64,000 nt of DNA from Candidatus Uhrbacteria bacterium (GTDB taxonomy: Bacteria; Patescibacteriota; Patescibacteriia; UBA9934): assembly GCA_943354605.1 (NCBI GenBank), contig CALRCK010000002.1, forward strand, positions 71,186 through 135,185. Reading direction: 5' to 3'. Below are positions 55,825 through 64,000 of the stretch, piece by piece. Both the position numbers and the translations under genes were made by a program. The notes under the pieces were generated by a model. The model saw only the letters and a list, made by a program, of their open reading frames with translations, was not told where the DNA came from and did not search any database. Each line of letters starts with the position of its first letter. Positions within the stretch are counted from its first letter, which is position 1.

Positions 55825-55860
55825 AAGTGGCCAATATTAGCCACTTTCTTGTTTTTCATT
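55825..55860 (-). terminator. Terminator hairpin AAAAAGTGGCCAATATTAGCCACTTT after hisS
   Basis: Stem GTGGC(C/T) / (A/G)GCCAC, T-run on the minus strand. Near-duplicate of the hairpin at 9140-9175. Confidence 0.55.
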
Positions 55861-57204
55861 TTACGCCTGCTTTTCTGCAACGTCCTTCAGTCGCTTCGCA
55901 ATGATTCCCACTACCTTTTCCACATCCACAATTTCCTGAGCGCCAGATTCCATGTCGCGAATGATAATTGTGCCATCAAGAACCTCCTTCTGGCCGAGAA
56001 TCACCGCAACTGGGGCCTTCAACTTATCGGCAATTTCGAGCTGCGCCTTCAGCGTGCCTTTCCCAAACGCCTCCCCCACCATAATGCCGCCTTCGCGGAA
56101 CTTCTCATACACGGCAAGGCCTTTTCGGCGGGCTCCTTCGCCAAGCTGGCAGAAGAACACATCAATCTTTTCGCGACGTGGCGGCATCGCATTCGCCGCC
56201 TTCATGGCAAGTACCATGCGTTCCACACCCATCGCCGCCCCCATCGCGCTCGTGTTCTCACGTCCACCGAGCATCGGAATCAACCCGTCGTATCGTCCGC
56301 CACCACCAAGCGCCAAGCCTTCAAGCTCTGGCGACGGTGCATTGTTCAGGACAATTTCAAATGTCGTTTTTGTGTAGTAATCCAATCCACGAACCAAACA
56401 TGGGTTTAATGCGTACGGCACTTCGGTCTCGTCCAAATATTCCAACACCTTCATGAAGTGCTGCTTGGATGCTTCGTCGAGATAATCAAAAATCTGCGGC
56501 GCATTCGCCTTCAACTCCTCCATTCCCGGTTCCTTCGAGTCGAGCAAACGCAATGGGTTCTTGGTGAGGCGCTTCAAATCCGTTTCCGACAACGCTTTCT
56601 TGTGCTGCTTGAAATATTTTACGAGCTCGGCAATGTAGTCCTTGCGCGATGCTGGTGTTCCAAGCGAGTTGATCTGCACAATAACGTCGAGGCCGAGATC
56701 GCGGCAGAACCGTTGCGCCATGAGAATAATCTGCGCATCAACCACAGGATCGTCGGAACCAATCGCTTCAATGCCCCACTGGTAGAACTGGCGGTATCGG
56801 CCAGCCTGCGGGCGCTCATGACGGAAAAATGGCTCGAAGTACCACAGTTTGACTGGCTGCGACTGATTCACCATGCCGTGCTCAATGTATGCACGAGCAA
56901 CTTGCGCCGTGCCCTCTGGACGCAACGTCATTTTGACGCCACCTTGATCCACGAACGTGAACATTTCCTTTTCCACGATATCTGTATCTTTTCCAACGGA
57001 TCGCTCGAACAGCGCCGTCTGTTCCAACACTGGCATACGAATGCGACCAAAGCCGTAGGCCTGGGTCATGCCGCGTGCCAACGACTCAATCTTTTCCCAC
57101 GCAGCCTGTTCGTCGGCTAACACGTCACGAAATCCACGGAGCGTTTCTGGTGTTTTCGATTTCTTTTTTACGTCTGCTGCTGGTGCTGCTTTTTCGGTTG
57201 GCAT
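55861..57204 (-). CDS. hisS: Histidine--tRNA ligase
   Basis: GFRDVLADEQAAWEKIESLARGMTQAYGFGRIRMPVLEQTALFERSVG...RPEGTAQVARAY. The C-terminal anticodon-binding domain is present. Confidence 0.9.
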   Translation of the reverse strand: MPTEKAAPAADVKKKSKTPETLRGFRDVLADEQAAWEKIESLARGMTQAYGFGRIRMPVLEQTALFERSVGKDTDIVEKEMFTFVDQGGVKMTLRPEGTAQVARAYIEHGMVNQSQPVKLWYFEPFFRHERPQAGRYRQFYQWGIEAIGSDDPVVDAQIILMAQRFCRDLGLDVIVQINSLGTPASRKDYIAELVKYFKQHKKALSETDLKRLTKNPLRLLDSKEPGMEELKANAPQIFDYLDEASKQHFMKVLEYLDETEVPYALNPCLVRGLDYYTKTTFEIVLNNAPSPELEGLALGGGGRYDGLIPMLGGRENTSAMGAAMGVERMVLAMKAANAMPPRREKIDVFFCQLGEGARRKGLAVYEKFREGGIMVGEAFGKGTLKAQLEIADKLKAPVAVILGQKEVLDGTIIIRDMESGAQEIVDVEKVVGIIAKRLKDVAEKQA

Positions 57205-57231
57205 AGGGAGAAAAATTTGGAGATCACGATC

Positions 57232-57846
57232 TTACTCGGAATAGGTTGGAACGGCAAACGTTGCAGCACGGTCGAGCGGCAGACCCCGGACCCACACACG
57301 TCCGACCAAATTTTCCCTTGGAACAGCTCCGAAGTAGCGAGAATCGAGGCTCGCATCACGATTATCGCCCATCACATAGTATTCATCCGGTCCAAGCGTG
57401 CGACGATCTCGACCCTCTGTCACTTCGCTAATATACGACTCCGTTAAGGCGAAACCGTTTGGAACGTCATTATTGTAAATAGTAATCACGCCATTGCGGA
57501 TCTCCACCGTTTCTCCTGGAAGCCCAATGACACGTTTAATGTAGTACTGATCCGTATGCTGCGGCGGACGGAACACAACGATTTCGCCGCGCTCTGGATT
57601 ACGGAAGTGAAAGGTCAACTCGTCGATGATGAGGTACTCGCTGTCGTAAAAATTCGGCTCCATGGAGGCACCCTTCACAATGAACGGCTGAATGAGGAAA
57701 TATCGCACCGGCAAAATAATCGCCAGCGCCAACACAGCAATCTGCACGATTTCCACGATAAACAGCGCGAACGCCCCAAGCGTTGGTCCAAACCACTTCA
57801 TGAACTTGTGTTCCTCCGCACCAGCGTTTTTGCGTGAAAACAGCAT
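57232..57846 (-). CDS. lepB: Signal peptidase I
   Basis: From ATG 57846. GASMEPNF (Ser box), YIKRVIGLPGETVEI and GDNRDASLDSRYFG boxes. The listed ORF extends to 57969, reading through the tRNA. Confidence 0.85.
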   Translation of the reverse strand: MLFSRKNAGAEEHKFMKWFGPTLGAFALFIVEIVQIAVLALAIILPVRYFLIQPFIVKGASMEPNFYDSEYLIIDELTFHFRNPERGEIVVFRPPQHTDQYYIKRVIGLPGETVEIRNGVITIYNNDVPNGFALTESYISEVTEGRDRRTLGPDEYYVMGDNRDASLDSRYFGAVPRENLVGRVWVRGLPLDRAATFAVPTYSE

Positions 57847-57877
57847 AGTAGTGAGCACGATAGCACAGAAGCTGGAA

Positions 57878-57908
57878 TCAAAAAAGAACCGAACGAGTCG
57901 GTTCTTTT
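57878..57908 (-). terminator. Hairpin AAAAAGAACCGAACGAGTCGGTTCTTTTT 3' of tRNA-Met. The same stem recurs at 58622-58650 after pth.
   Basis: Perfect 9-bp stem AAGAACCGA/TCGGTTCTT in both copies. Confidence 0.55.
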
Positions 57909-57984
57909 TGGTAGCTGGGGCGGGAATCGAACCCGCGACAACAGGCTTATGAGTCCTGCGCTCTACCAACTGAGCTACCCAGCC
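57909..57984 (-). tRNA. tRNA-Met (CAT), elongator or Ile2-type; CCA encoded
   Basis: Reverse complement is GGCTGGGTAGCTCAGTTGGTAGAGCGCAGGACTCATAAGCCTGTTGTCGCGGGTTCGATTCCCGCCCCAGCTACCA. Anticodon loop CTCATAA. Confidence 0.8.
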
Positions 57985-58091
57985 ACACCTGTAACGTGGA
58001 GGAGGATATCAAAAAACCTGGGGCATCGCAAGAACAGAGTCTCTGGCTATAAAACAAAAAGGAACCGATAAATTCGGCCCCTCTTCTTCCT

Positions 58092-58373
58092 CTACGCAAC
58101 TCGTTGTTCCAAGATCAGCAGTCGAGATTCATGATTATCGATCTGTGGGAGAATCTCGTTCCCAACGATATCCGCGACGCCTTCCAAAATCTCGTCCCTT
58201 ACCTCGTGCATCATTTTCGTCATCCTGGATTCCGAAGCAGCAATACAGGAACGAATCTCATCACGAATTTCATGTTTAAAGTCCGAGAACCGAATATCGA
58301 GTCTCTTGTCCCATTCACGATTATTTTCTGTAAACATTTCACGTAACACCTGAATATCTTTTTTGCTGAGCAT
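58092..58373 (-). CDS. Small hypothetical protein (coiled-coil-like)
   Basis: 93-aa ORF, charged and helical (MLSKKDIQVLREMFTENNREWDKRLDIRF...). Not recognised. Confidence 0.35.
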   Translation of the reverse strand: MLSKKDIQVLREMFTENNREWDKRLDIRFSDFKHEIRDEIRSCIAASESRMTKMMHEVRDEILEGVADIVGNEILPQIDNHESRLLILEQRVA

Positions 58374-58653
58374 AAAACAAAGATATTATACGAACTTCCA
58401 TGATATTCCCGAGATCATGTATCGCAAGAATGAATTCATGCACTGGAGAATATTTCTATACTATCAAAAATATTTGCCCGAAACAAACGGCTGTTATTCA
58501 CATCCAACAACATATGCTCAGCCTCGTCGACTTCGAAATGAAAAAACTCTGATACACCTTTCCTGTATCTTGGAATTCAATCTTTCAAAACGAATCAGTA
58601 GCCAGACGCTTCGATCACAAACGCAAAGAACCGACATGATCGGTTCTTTGTGT

Positions 58654-59346
58654 TTAAACAGTATAGGTTGTTGTCTTAAGTGACTCCGGGATTGTGGAGA
58701 GGATTTCAACGGCCTTCGCAACAGAACGGTCGATGACACCGTGTTCTTCTTTCATGAAGCGATTCAGGACGTAGGTTTCCAGGGAAATATTTTCTGGAGG
58801 TGGATTTACACCAACTTTAACGCGCCAGAAGGTTTGGGATCCAATGTGTTGAATAATAGACTTCAATCCGTTGTGGCCGCCGGCGCCGCCTTCAGATCGA
58901 ACGCGAAGGGTTCCCAGCGCAAGCGCAACGTCGTCGGAAACAACGACTGCGGACTTCGCATCGATATGGAATCGATCCATCACCAATCGCACCGCCTCAC
59001 CAGACGCGTTCATGTACGTGGTCGGTTTCATCAAGAGCATTTTTTGTCCATTGACGTTGCCCTCGGCAATCGTGGATCGCAACGTTGGCTCATGTTTCCA
59101 GCTCAACCCCTTCGCTTTTGCAAACGCATCAACAACCATGAATCCCGCATTGTGGCGCGTGCGGTCGTAATCTTTTCCCGGATTCCCGAGACCAACAATG
59201 AGAACCGCCTCATTTCGTCCATTTTCGGCTTGCTTCCTCGGCGTGATCGACGACGTACCGAGAAGTACGTCTTGACGCTCATGCCTTCGTCGCGCACCGA
59301 AACTGGTCTGAAATGAGACGATTCTCAATTTAGGATCAATCGCCAT
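58654..59346 (-). CDS. pth: Peptidyl-tRNA hydrolase. Start uncertain: the 5' end traverses an R1 element in frame.
   Basis: Core AVLIVGLGNPGKDYDRTRHNAGFMVVD...GGHNGLKSI. No canonical start codon lies between the R1 copy and LIVGLGNPG. The nearest in-frame ATG (59346) is upstream of the repeat and overlaps the der 3' end by 11 nt. Confidence 0.75.
   Translation of the reverse strand: MAIDPKLRIVSFQTSFGARRRHERQDVLLGTSSITPRKQAENGRNEAVLIVGLGNPGKDYDRTRHNAGFMVVDAFAKAKGLSWKHEPTLRSTIAEGNVNGQKMLLMKPTTYMNASGEAVRLVMDRFHIDAKSAVVVSDDVALALGTLRVRSEGGAGGHNGLKSIIQHIGSQTFWRVKVGVNPPPENISLETYVLNRFMKEEHGVIDRSVAKAVEILSTIPESLKTTTYTV
59226..59334 (-). repeat. R1 palindromic element, copy i, in-frame within the 5' region of the pth ORF
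   Basis: ...CGACGACGTACCGAGAAGTACGTCTTGACGCTC...GCGCACCGAAACTGGTCTGAAATGAG. Confidence 0.6.
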
Positions 59347-60712
59347 AGGTGGTATGCGATTTGCGCGTTGCCGAAACGCGAATGCGAATTGGCGTGCCCA
59401 AGAACTGATACTTTTCACGCATGATGTTTTCAATGAACCGAAGATACGAATCGGCGAGCGAATCTTCGCGCGACAAGTTCACCGTCAGCAAGAACATTGG
59501 CGGATTCACACCAGCCTGATGGAAGCTCGTAATACGAGGATGCTTCACGCCCTTTCCCTTGCTTGGCTTGTGTTTCACGATGGCCTGCGAAATAAACGCC
59601 TTCGTTTCTGCGTCGCTCAAATGGACGAATCGACTCTGGAACACGGTATCGATGGTATCGAAAAGGACATTCGTTCGCTGAGAGTGCAGTGCCGAAACAA
59701 ACACAATCGGTGCATATTTCAAATGCGGCAACAACCCACGCATGTAGCGTTCAACGTCATTGATGGTATTCGGCCCCTTTGCCTCCACCAAATCCCACTT
59801 GTTTGCGACGATAATCACACTCACACCAGCGTCGGCCAACATTCCGGCAAGGTGCTTGTCGTGTGCGGTAATTCCTTTCTTCACGTCGAGCACGAACAGC
59901 GCAACATCAGTCTCCTTCAAAATCTCAATCGTACGCATGACACCCTGCGCCTCAAGGTGGACGCCAGCGTTGCGAATGGTGGCGTTCCGACGAATACCCG
60001 CGGTGTCGATGAACAGATAGTTCTTATCGTTGCGCGTGAGCGGCGCATCGTTTGGTTCGCGGGTGGTGTGCGCGATGTTTGCGGTAATGAAACGCTTTTG
60101 GCCAAGAAGCGCGTTCAGCAACGTGGATTTTCCAACGTTCGGTTCGCCGAGCACTGCAACACGCATCGTTGCAACTTTCGAAATATCCTGCGGCGGCCTA
60201 CCAATCGCAATCAACATGTCGCGCGCAGCATCGAGCGCATCGCCAACACCACTTCCCTGTTTTGCAGAAACACAAATCGGGCGCGGCAATGGCCACGACA
60301 ACCAATCCTTGCCGTCGGCTCGCGCACGGAGCGGCGCAGTGTCTGCCTTGTTGCCCAGGACGAGCACCGGCTTCTTTTTCTTAAACAGCAACTTTGCAAT
60401 CTCCAAATCGTCCGGCGTTGGACCAACCATCATGTCCACCACGAAAAAGATCAAATCGGACTCCTCAATCGCGATTGTTGCTTGCTCCACGATATTCTTT
60501 TCAATTTCATCCGCACGCTCCACATTTAATCCGCCAGTATCCACCAATCGCATCACCTGGGCACGCCAAACACAATCCGCCTCAAACCGATCGCGGGTGG
60601 TACCAGCAACGGTACTCACGAGCGACTTCTGTTCTTCGACCATGCGGTTGAACAACGACGACTTTCCGACGTTGGTTCTGCCGATAATCGCAATTTTTGG
60701 TGGCTGACTCAT
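59336..60712 (-). CDS. der: Ribosome-biogenesis GTPase Der (EngA)
   Basis: From ATG 60712. MSQPPKIAIIGRTNVGKSSLFN (GD1), RVAVLGEPNVGKSTLLNALL (GD2), C-terminal KH domain. Confidence 0.9.
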   Translation of the reverse strand: MSQPPKIAIIGRTNVGKSSLFNRMVEEQKSLVSTVAGTTRDRFEADCVWRAQVMRLVDTGGLNVERADEIEKNIVEQATIAIEESDLIFFVVDMMVGPTPDDLEIAKLLFKKKKPVLVLGNKADTAPLRARADGKDWLSWPLPRPICVSAKQGSGVGDALDAARDMLIAIGRPPQDISKVATMRVAVLGEPNVGKSTLLNALLGQKRFITANIAHTTREPNDAPLTRNDKNYLFIDTAGIRRNATIRNAGVHLEAQGVMRTIEILKETDVALFVLDVKKGITAHDKHLAGMLADAGVSVIIVANKWDLVEAKGPNTINDVERYMRGLLPHLKYAPIVFVSALHSQRTNVLFDTIDTVFQSRFVHLSDAETKAFISQAIVKHKPSKGKGVKHPRITSFHQAGVNPPMFLLTVNLSREDSLADSYLRFIENIMREKYQFLGTPIRIRVSATRKSHTTYGD

Positions 60713-60771
60713 AGGGAAAGAGAAGCGGAACAGTACCATCGCGAATCGATATTGTCGATGCAACGATTATA

Positions 60772-60892
60772 GAACGTTCTCATTTGCGGCGAGTTTGGGT
60801 GCACGAGGAGCAAAGTTCGCGAGACGTACTTCATGGCTACGTTGAGCGAATTTACGACGAAGCAAACCCAAAATCGACCAAAGGAGGACGTT
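60772..60892 (+). repeat. R1 palindromic element, copy j
   Basis: CATTTGCGGCGAGTTTGGGTGCACGAGGAGCAAAGTTCGCGAGACGTACTTCATGGCTACGTTGAGCGAATTTACGACGAAGCAAACCCAAAATCGACCAAAG. Confidence 0.7.
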
Positions 60893-62377
60893 CTATCGCA
60901 TTACCAAATTCATCCCGTTCTCCCCAATAATAATCAAAAAGTCGATATCTGAACCGGATCGGTCGGGCACCGATCCCAAAGAATCTGGCACGACGGCATC
61001 GGACGAAAGATACCCTTGCGGCGTCATCACAACATCGGCATCAAGGTACTTTTGCAACGACGCAAGCTCCTCAGCCTTCTTGCCGTTCGTGTAATCGAAA
61101 ATCATGGTCTTTGGATAGTTTCGAACGTCGGCGTTACTCACCACCGCGATTGTAAACCCAGAGCTTTCGAGAAGCTCAGCAGTTCGCGCTGCGAGGCCAG
61201 TGGTACTTGTGCCGTTTTGAATTTCAATCCGAACATCGTCGGTGGACGACGGCTTTTCTGGAAGCGCTGCAGACTGGGATGTCGCGACATTGGTCTTGTC
61301 GAAAATATTCGCCGCGATCAATTTCAAATCGCTCCAGTCTTCGTTCCTCGGCAAAAGCACGTACGCGCCGTTGATCATGGTGGAATACAGCGGACTTCCT
61401 GGAGCAGAATCGAGCACGCGCATCACAATCGCCTGACGGTTGATTTTTGGAATGTACTCCGCCAAACGCATCATCTCCCAAATGCTCATGTCGGTATGCA
61501 CGTTGTCGCGAATGGTGGAAAGAATCTTGTTGAGCTTGGCTGGGTTTAACAACACGTTCAGCGAGAGTGCCTTGTCTTTCAGCGCGAGCAGAATTTTTTG
61601 CTGACGTGCCGCGCGAGCGAAGTCGGAACCCTCCCCATTGTCGCCGTGGCGTGACCGGGCGTATTCCAATGCTGTTTCGCCGTTCATCGTTGCCCAACCC
61701 TCAGTGAAAGAAACCGTCTGAACGCTTCCCAAATCATCGTCGAGTGGATACGTGTTGTCCGTAAACGAATTATCGACATACACATCCACACCGCCAACGT
61801 CGTCGATAATATCCTCGAATCCATGAAAATCGACTTTAATCGTGTAATCGACGGTTTGGCCAAGAATATCGTGAATAGTGTTCGCAGCAGCAGTCATTCC
61901 GGATCCGTCAGCATTCATTTCTGCCAACGCATTCACCGCGTTAATCTTGCGGTATCCGTAATTTGGAATATTCACCGTTAAGTCACGAGGGATAGAAATC
62001 ATTCCCACATCGTTCGTTGAGGGCTTGTAGCTTGCGAAAATCATCGTGTCCGTCAGCTCCGGACCGTCATGGCCAGAGCCACCGATTCCAAGAAGAAGCA
62101 CATTGATACGATCCCCATCTTCCCCGTTCAGGGTCTTGTCTGGCGCAGTGACCAGCCGACGCAACGATGAGAACAATGAAAATCCATTTGACGCCTCGGG
62201 TGCCTCTGCTGTTGTTCGAGCGATCCGAGTGCTCGCAAACGCGCCAGCCGCAACCAAAATTACCGCACCAATGCTCAGCATTTTGGTGACGGATCCAATC
62301 TTCGCCCGAGCCTGACGCTCGGAAAGAATTGGAGACGGTTTTGGAAGAAGATCAATGTGCGGTTCGTCAATCGGCAT
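60893..62377 (-). CDS. LytR-CpsA-Psr (LCP) family cell-envelope phosphotransferase
   Basis: TM anchor, then DTMIFASYKPSTNDVGMISIPRDLTV...YRKINAVNAL (LCP core). ATG at 62377. Confidence 0.75.
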   Translation of the reverse strand: MPIDEPHIDLLPKPSPILSERQARAKIGSVTKMLSIGAVILVAAGAFASTRIARTTAEAPEASNGFSLFSSLRRLVTAPDKTLNGEDGDRINVLLLGIGGSGHDGPELTDTMIFASYKPSTNDVGMISIPRDLTVNIPNYGYRKINAVNALAEMNADGSGMTAAANTIHDILGQTVDYTIKVDFHGFEDIIDDVGGVDVYVDNSFTDNTYPLDDDLGSVQTVSFTEGWATMNGETALEYARSRHGDNGEGSDFARAARQQKILLALKDKALSLNVLLNPAKLNKILSTIRDNVHTDMSIWEMMRLAEYIPKINRQAIVMRVLDSAPGSPLYSTMINGAYVLLPRNEDWSDLKLIAANIFDKTNVATSQSAALPEKPSSTDDVRIEIQNGTSTTGLAARTAELLESSGFTIAVVSNADVRNYPKTMIFDYTNGKKAEELASLQKYLDADVVMTPQGYLSSDAVVPDSLGSVPDRSGSDIDFLIIIGENGMNLVMR

Positions 62378-62485
62378 AGGCAAATCGAACCAGGAAAAGA
62401 TTCTTCAAGAGTATACCGTATTCAGGGATTGAGCAAAACGATCTTGCCCGGTGTTCACGAGAGTGATAGACTCTCACTCGCGTAG

Positions 62486-62571
62486 GCCGCGGTGGCGGAA
62501 TGGTATACGCGACGGACTCAAAATCCGTTTCTCGCAAGGGATTGAGGGTTCGAGTCCCTCCCGCGGCACCA
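62486..62571 (+). tRNA. tRNA-Leu (CAA), class II with long variable arm; CCA encoded
   Basis: GCCGCGGTGGCGGAATGGTATACGCGACGGACTCAAAATCCGTTTCTCGCAAGGGATTGAGGGTTCGAGTCCCTCCCGCGGCACCA. Confidence 0.8.
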
Positions 62572-62585
62572 CAAGAACTTCACCA

Positions 62586-62698
62586 ATTTGCCTATTTTCG
62601 GCTTACTGCGTCGCACATTCGCTCAACGTACCGAGAAGTACGCCTCGCGAACTGTGCTCCTGGCGCACCGAAACTAGTCTAAATTGGTGAAGTTCTTC
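62586..62698 (-). repeat. R1 palindromic element, copy k, filling the tRNA-Leu / tRNA-Val spacer
   Basis: TATTTTCGGCTTACTGCGTCGCACATTCGCTCAACGTACCGAGAAGTACGCCTCGCGAACTGTGCTCCTGGCGCACCGAAACTAGTC. Confidence 0.7.
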
Positions 62699-62702
62699 TC
62701 AG

Positions 62703-62779
62703 GGATGTTTAGCTCAGCTGGTTAGAGCGCTGTCCTCACACGACAGAGGTCGGTGGTTCGAACCCACCAACATCCACCA
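62703..62779 (+). tRNA. tRNA-Val (CAC); CCA encoded
   Basis: GGATGTTTAGCTCAGCTGGTTAGAGCGCTGTCCTCACACGACAGAGGTCGGTGGTTCGAACCCACCAACATCCACCA. Anticodon loop CTCACAC. Confidence 0.8.
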
Positions 62780-62780
62780 A

Positions 62781-62812
62781 AACGATCCCAAGCCATTGGG
62801 GTCGTTTTGAAT
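62781..62812 (+). terminator. Terminator hairpin AAAACGATCCCAAGCCATTGGGGTCGTTTTG after tRNA-Val
   Basis: Inverted repeat plus a T-run. Confidence 0.6.
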
Positions 62813-62898
62813 TTATAGACATATTCTTCTCTAACATTAGCCAATAACCCCCCTCAAACCTGCCCAAGAATCTCGTGCTGTGCTATCATGCCGCCATT

Positions 62899-63363
62899 AT
62901 GACGCTCACAACCCACGCGGCCATTGGCGCTGCAATCGGTAGCGCGGTCGGAAATCCGGTCCTTGGGTTCACCCTAGGGGCCGCATCGCACTTCCTGGTG
63001 GACATGATTCCTCATGGAGACAATCAACTTGCAGACCTTTTCCGGGTCCACAAAAAGAAACGGAAGCTTGCCGTGGCGTACGTCATGGTGGACGCCGTTG
63101 TGGCAATGTACATGGTGATGGCGGTATTCCTCGTACGAACCGATGCAACGCACCTCGCGTTTGCTGCAGCCATTAGCGGAAGCATTCTGCCAGACATGCT
63201 CGTTGGACTGAGCGATATCTTCCATACCAAAGCGCTCCGCGTGTTCTGCAAAATTCATTTCTTCTTTCACGACTTCTTTTCCCGCAAATACGGCGATGTA
63301 AAGCTCCAGTACGCCCTTGTTGGCCAGGCAATCTTCGTCGCATTCCTCCTGAAACACATCTAG
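62899..63363 (+). CDS. Membrane-bound metal-dependent hydrolase-like protein (DUF457/YdjM-like), hypothetical
   Basis: From ATG 62899 (MTLTTHAAIGAAIG...ASHFLVDMIPHGD). Several TM helices. Family call is tentative. Confidence 0.4.
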   Translation: MTLTTHAAIGAAIGSAVGNPVLGFTLGAASHFLVDMIPHGDNQLADLFRVHKKKRKLAVAYVMVDAVVAMYMVMAVFLVRTDATHLAFAAAISGSILPDMLVGLSDIFHTKALRVFCKIHFFFHDFFSRKYGDVKLQYALVGQAIFVAFLLKHI

Positions 63364-63528
63364 AACCAAAAAGACTCACCACACATCGGTGAGCCTTTAC
63401 ATTGTCGCCGTAGTCCAAATGGGGTCCAAATGGGGTCAGGTCGTTTATTGCTAGATTTTAAAATATGATTCGACATTGTCGGAATTCTTGATCTCTTTTC
63501 GATATACTACATCAAACGACCTGACCCC

Positions 63529-63981
63529 TTAAAAACTCACCATCGTGACCCCAAGCACAATCGCACCCATGATGAGCATCCCACCAACGAGCGCCGGCCA
63601 GGAACGTTTCCAGGAAATCTTGAGCGCAACCGCGGCAAGCGCACCAGTCCAAATGCCGCCACCAGGAAGAGGAATCGCGCTCAACACGACGAGAGCGACG
63701 ATGCCATAGCGCTCGTACTGTTTTCCAAGCCTGCGATGCGCGTGGTCAATAGCACGATCAAGCCATGTCGTCATCCACGAAGCAGATTTCGCCGCCCATG
63801 ATCGGAACCACTGAAAGCCAAAGAAGATTGGTGCGATCGGAATGGCGTTTCCGATCATCGCAAGAACGTACGCCACGATCGGAGAAAGATGCCATGAAAG
63901 AATTGCGACAGGAATCGTTAACCGACATTCCGTGATTGGCAATGCCGAAAGAACGATGGTTGCAAGCCACGGCGGGATCAA
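63529..63981 (-). CDS. Small multidrug-export-like (COG2426) membrane protein, hypothetical
   Basis: 150 aa with four hydrophobic helices. Weak family resemblance only. Confidence 0.4.
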   Translation of the reverse strand: MIPPWLATIVLSALPITECRLTIPVAILSWHLSPIVAYVLAMIGNAIPIAPIFFGFQWFRSWAAKSASWMTTWLDRAIDHAHRRLGKQYERYGIVALVVLSAIPLPGGGIWTGALAAVALKISWKRSWPALVGGMLIMGAIVLGVTMVSF

Positions 63982-64000
63982 TTGCGCCCAGCGAAAGAGT

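Noticed and set aside
57846-57969. N-terminal extension of the lepB ORF (MVERRTHKPVVAGSIPAPATKK...)
   Set aside because: This segment is the translation of tRNA-Met on the same strand (the typical SIPAPA tRNA read-through). lepB is started at ATG 57846.
7785-62698. Possibility that the recurring ~110-bp R1 copies form a CRISPR array
   Set aside because: Copies are dispersed over the whole window at irregular multi-kb spacing and in both orientations. They are long imperfect palindromes, not short direct repeats separated by uniform spacers. No cas genes.

Overview
This 64 kb window has moderate GC (~50%) and is gene-dense, mostly minus-strand. Its core genes have weak or absent Shine-Dalgarno sequences and resemble a reduced-genome bacterium (Candidate Phyla Radiation/Patescibacteria-like is my inference, not proven). 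Backbone genes recognised from translated motifs: ECF sigma factor plus membrane anti-sigma-like protein, two GT4 glycosyltransferases, a Wzy/O-antigen-ligase-like protein, a Wzz-like protein, an HtrA-type protease, an AI-2E transporter, smpB-tmRNA-infC-rpmI-rplT, two tandem class-A beta-lactamase-like hydrolases, a cupredoxin lipoprotein, pyk, nrdR, ftsZ, ftsA, dgkA, ybeY, hflX, a GatB/YqeY-domain protein, rpsU, hisS, lepB, pth, der, an LCP-family protein, and tRNAs Asp, Met, Leu and Val. Three features stand out. (1) Seven genes at four separate loci (12.2-17.8 kb, 25.5-26.0 kb, 33.9-34.7 kb, 54.2-55.6 kb) have ~68-70% GC and strong GGAG ribosome-binding sites. They encode lipoproteins or secreted proteins, some with DCDDxDxxxxPGAxExCNGxDDDCDG cysteine-rich repeats, and share a related 3' flanking element; they look like horizontally acquired or mobile gene cassettes. 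(2) Two adjacent genes encode a 599-aa protein and a 3240-aa giant protein (39840-51371). Both begin with a signal peptide plus a two-helix module resembling TrbC/VirB2 pilins, followed by a Gly/Ser linker and large extracellular arrays (IPT/TIG-like domains, Myxococcus-type cysteine-rich repeats, a C-terminal vWA domain). Three paralogous Ca-binding-repeat membrane proteins sit directly upstream. (3) The region is unusually repeat-rich for a small genome. A ~110 bp palindromic element occurs in at least 11 copies, including copies between tRNA genes and in-frame at the 5' ends of pth and infC, reminiscent of Rickettsia palindromic elements (RPEs). Several shorter hairpin families also occur. 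No CRISPR array, integrase or transposase was recognised. All calls come from reading the sequence and the ORF track by eye; no database searches were run.
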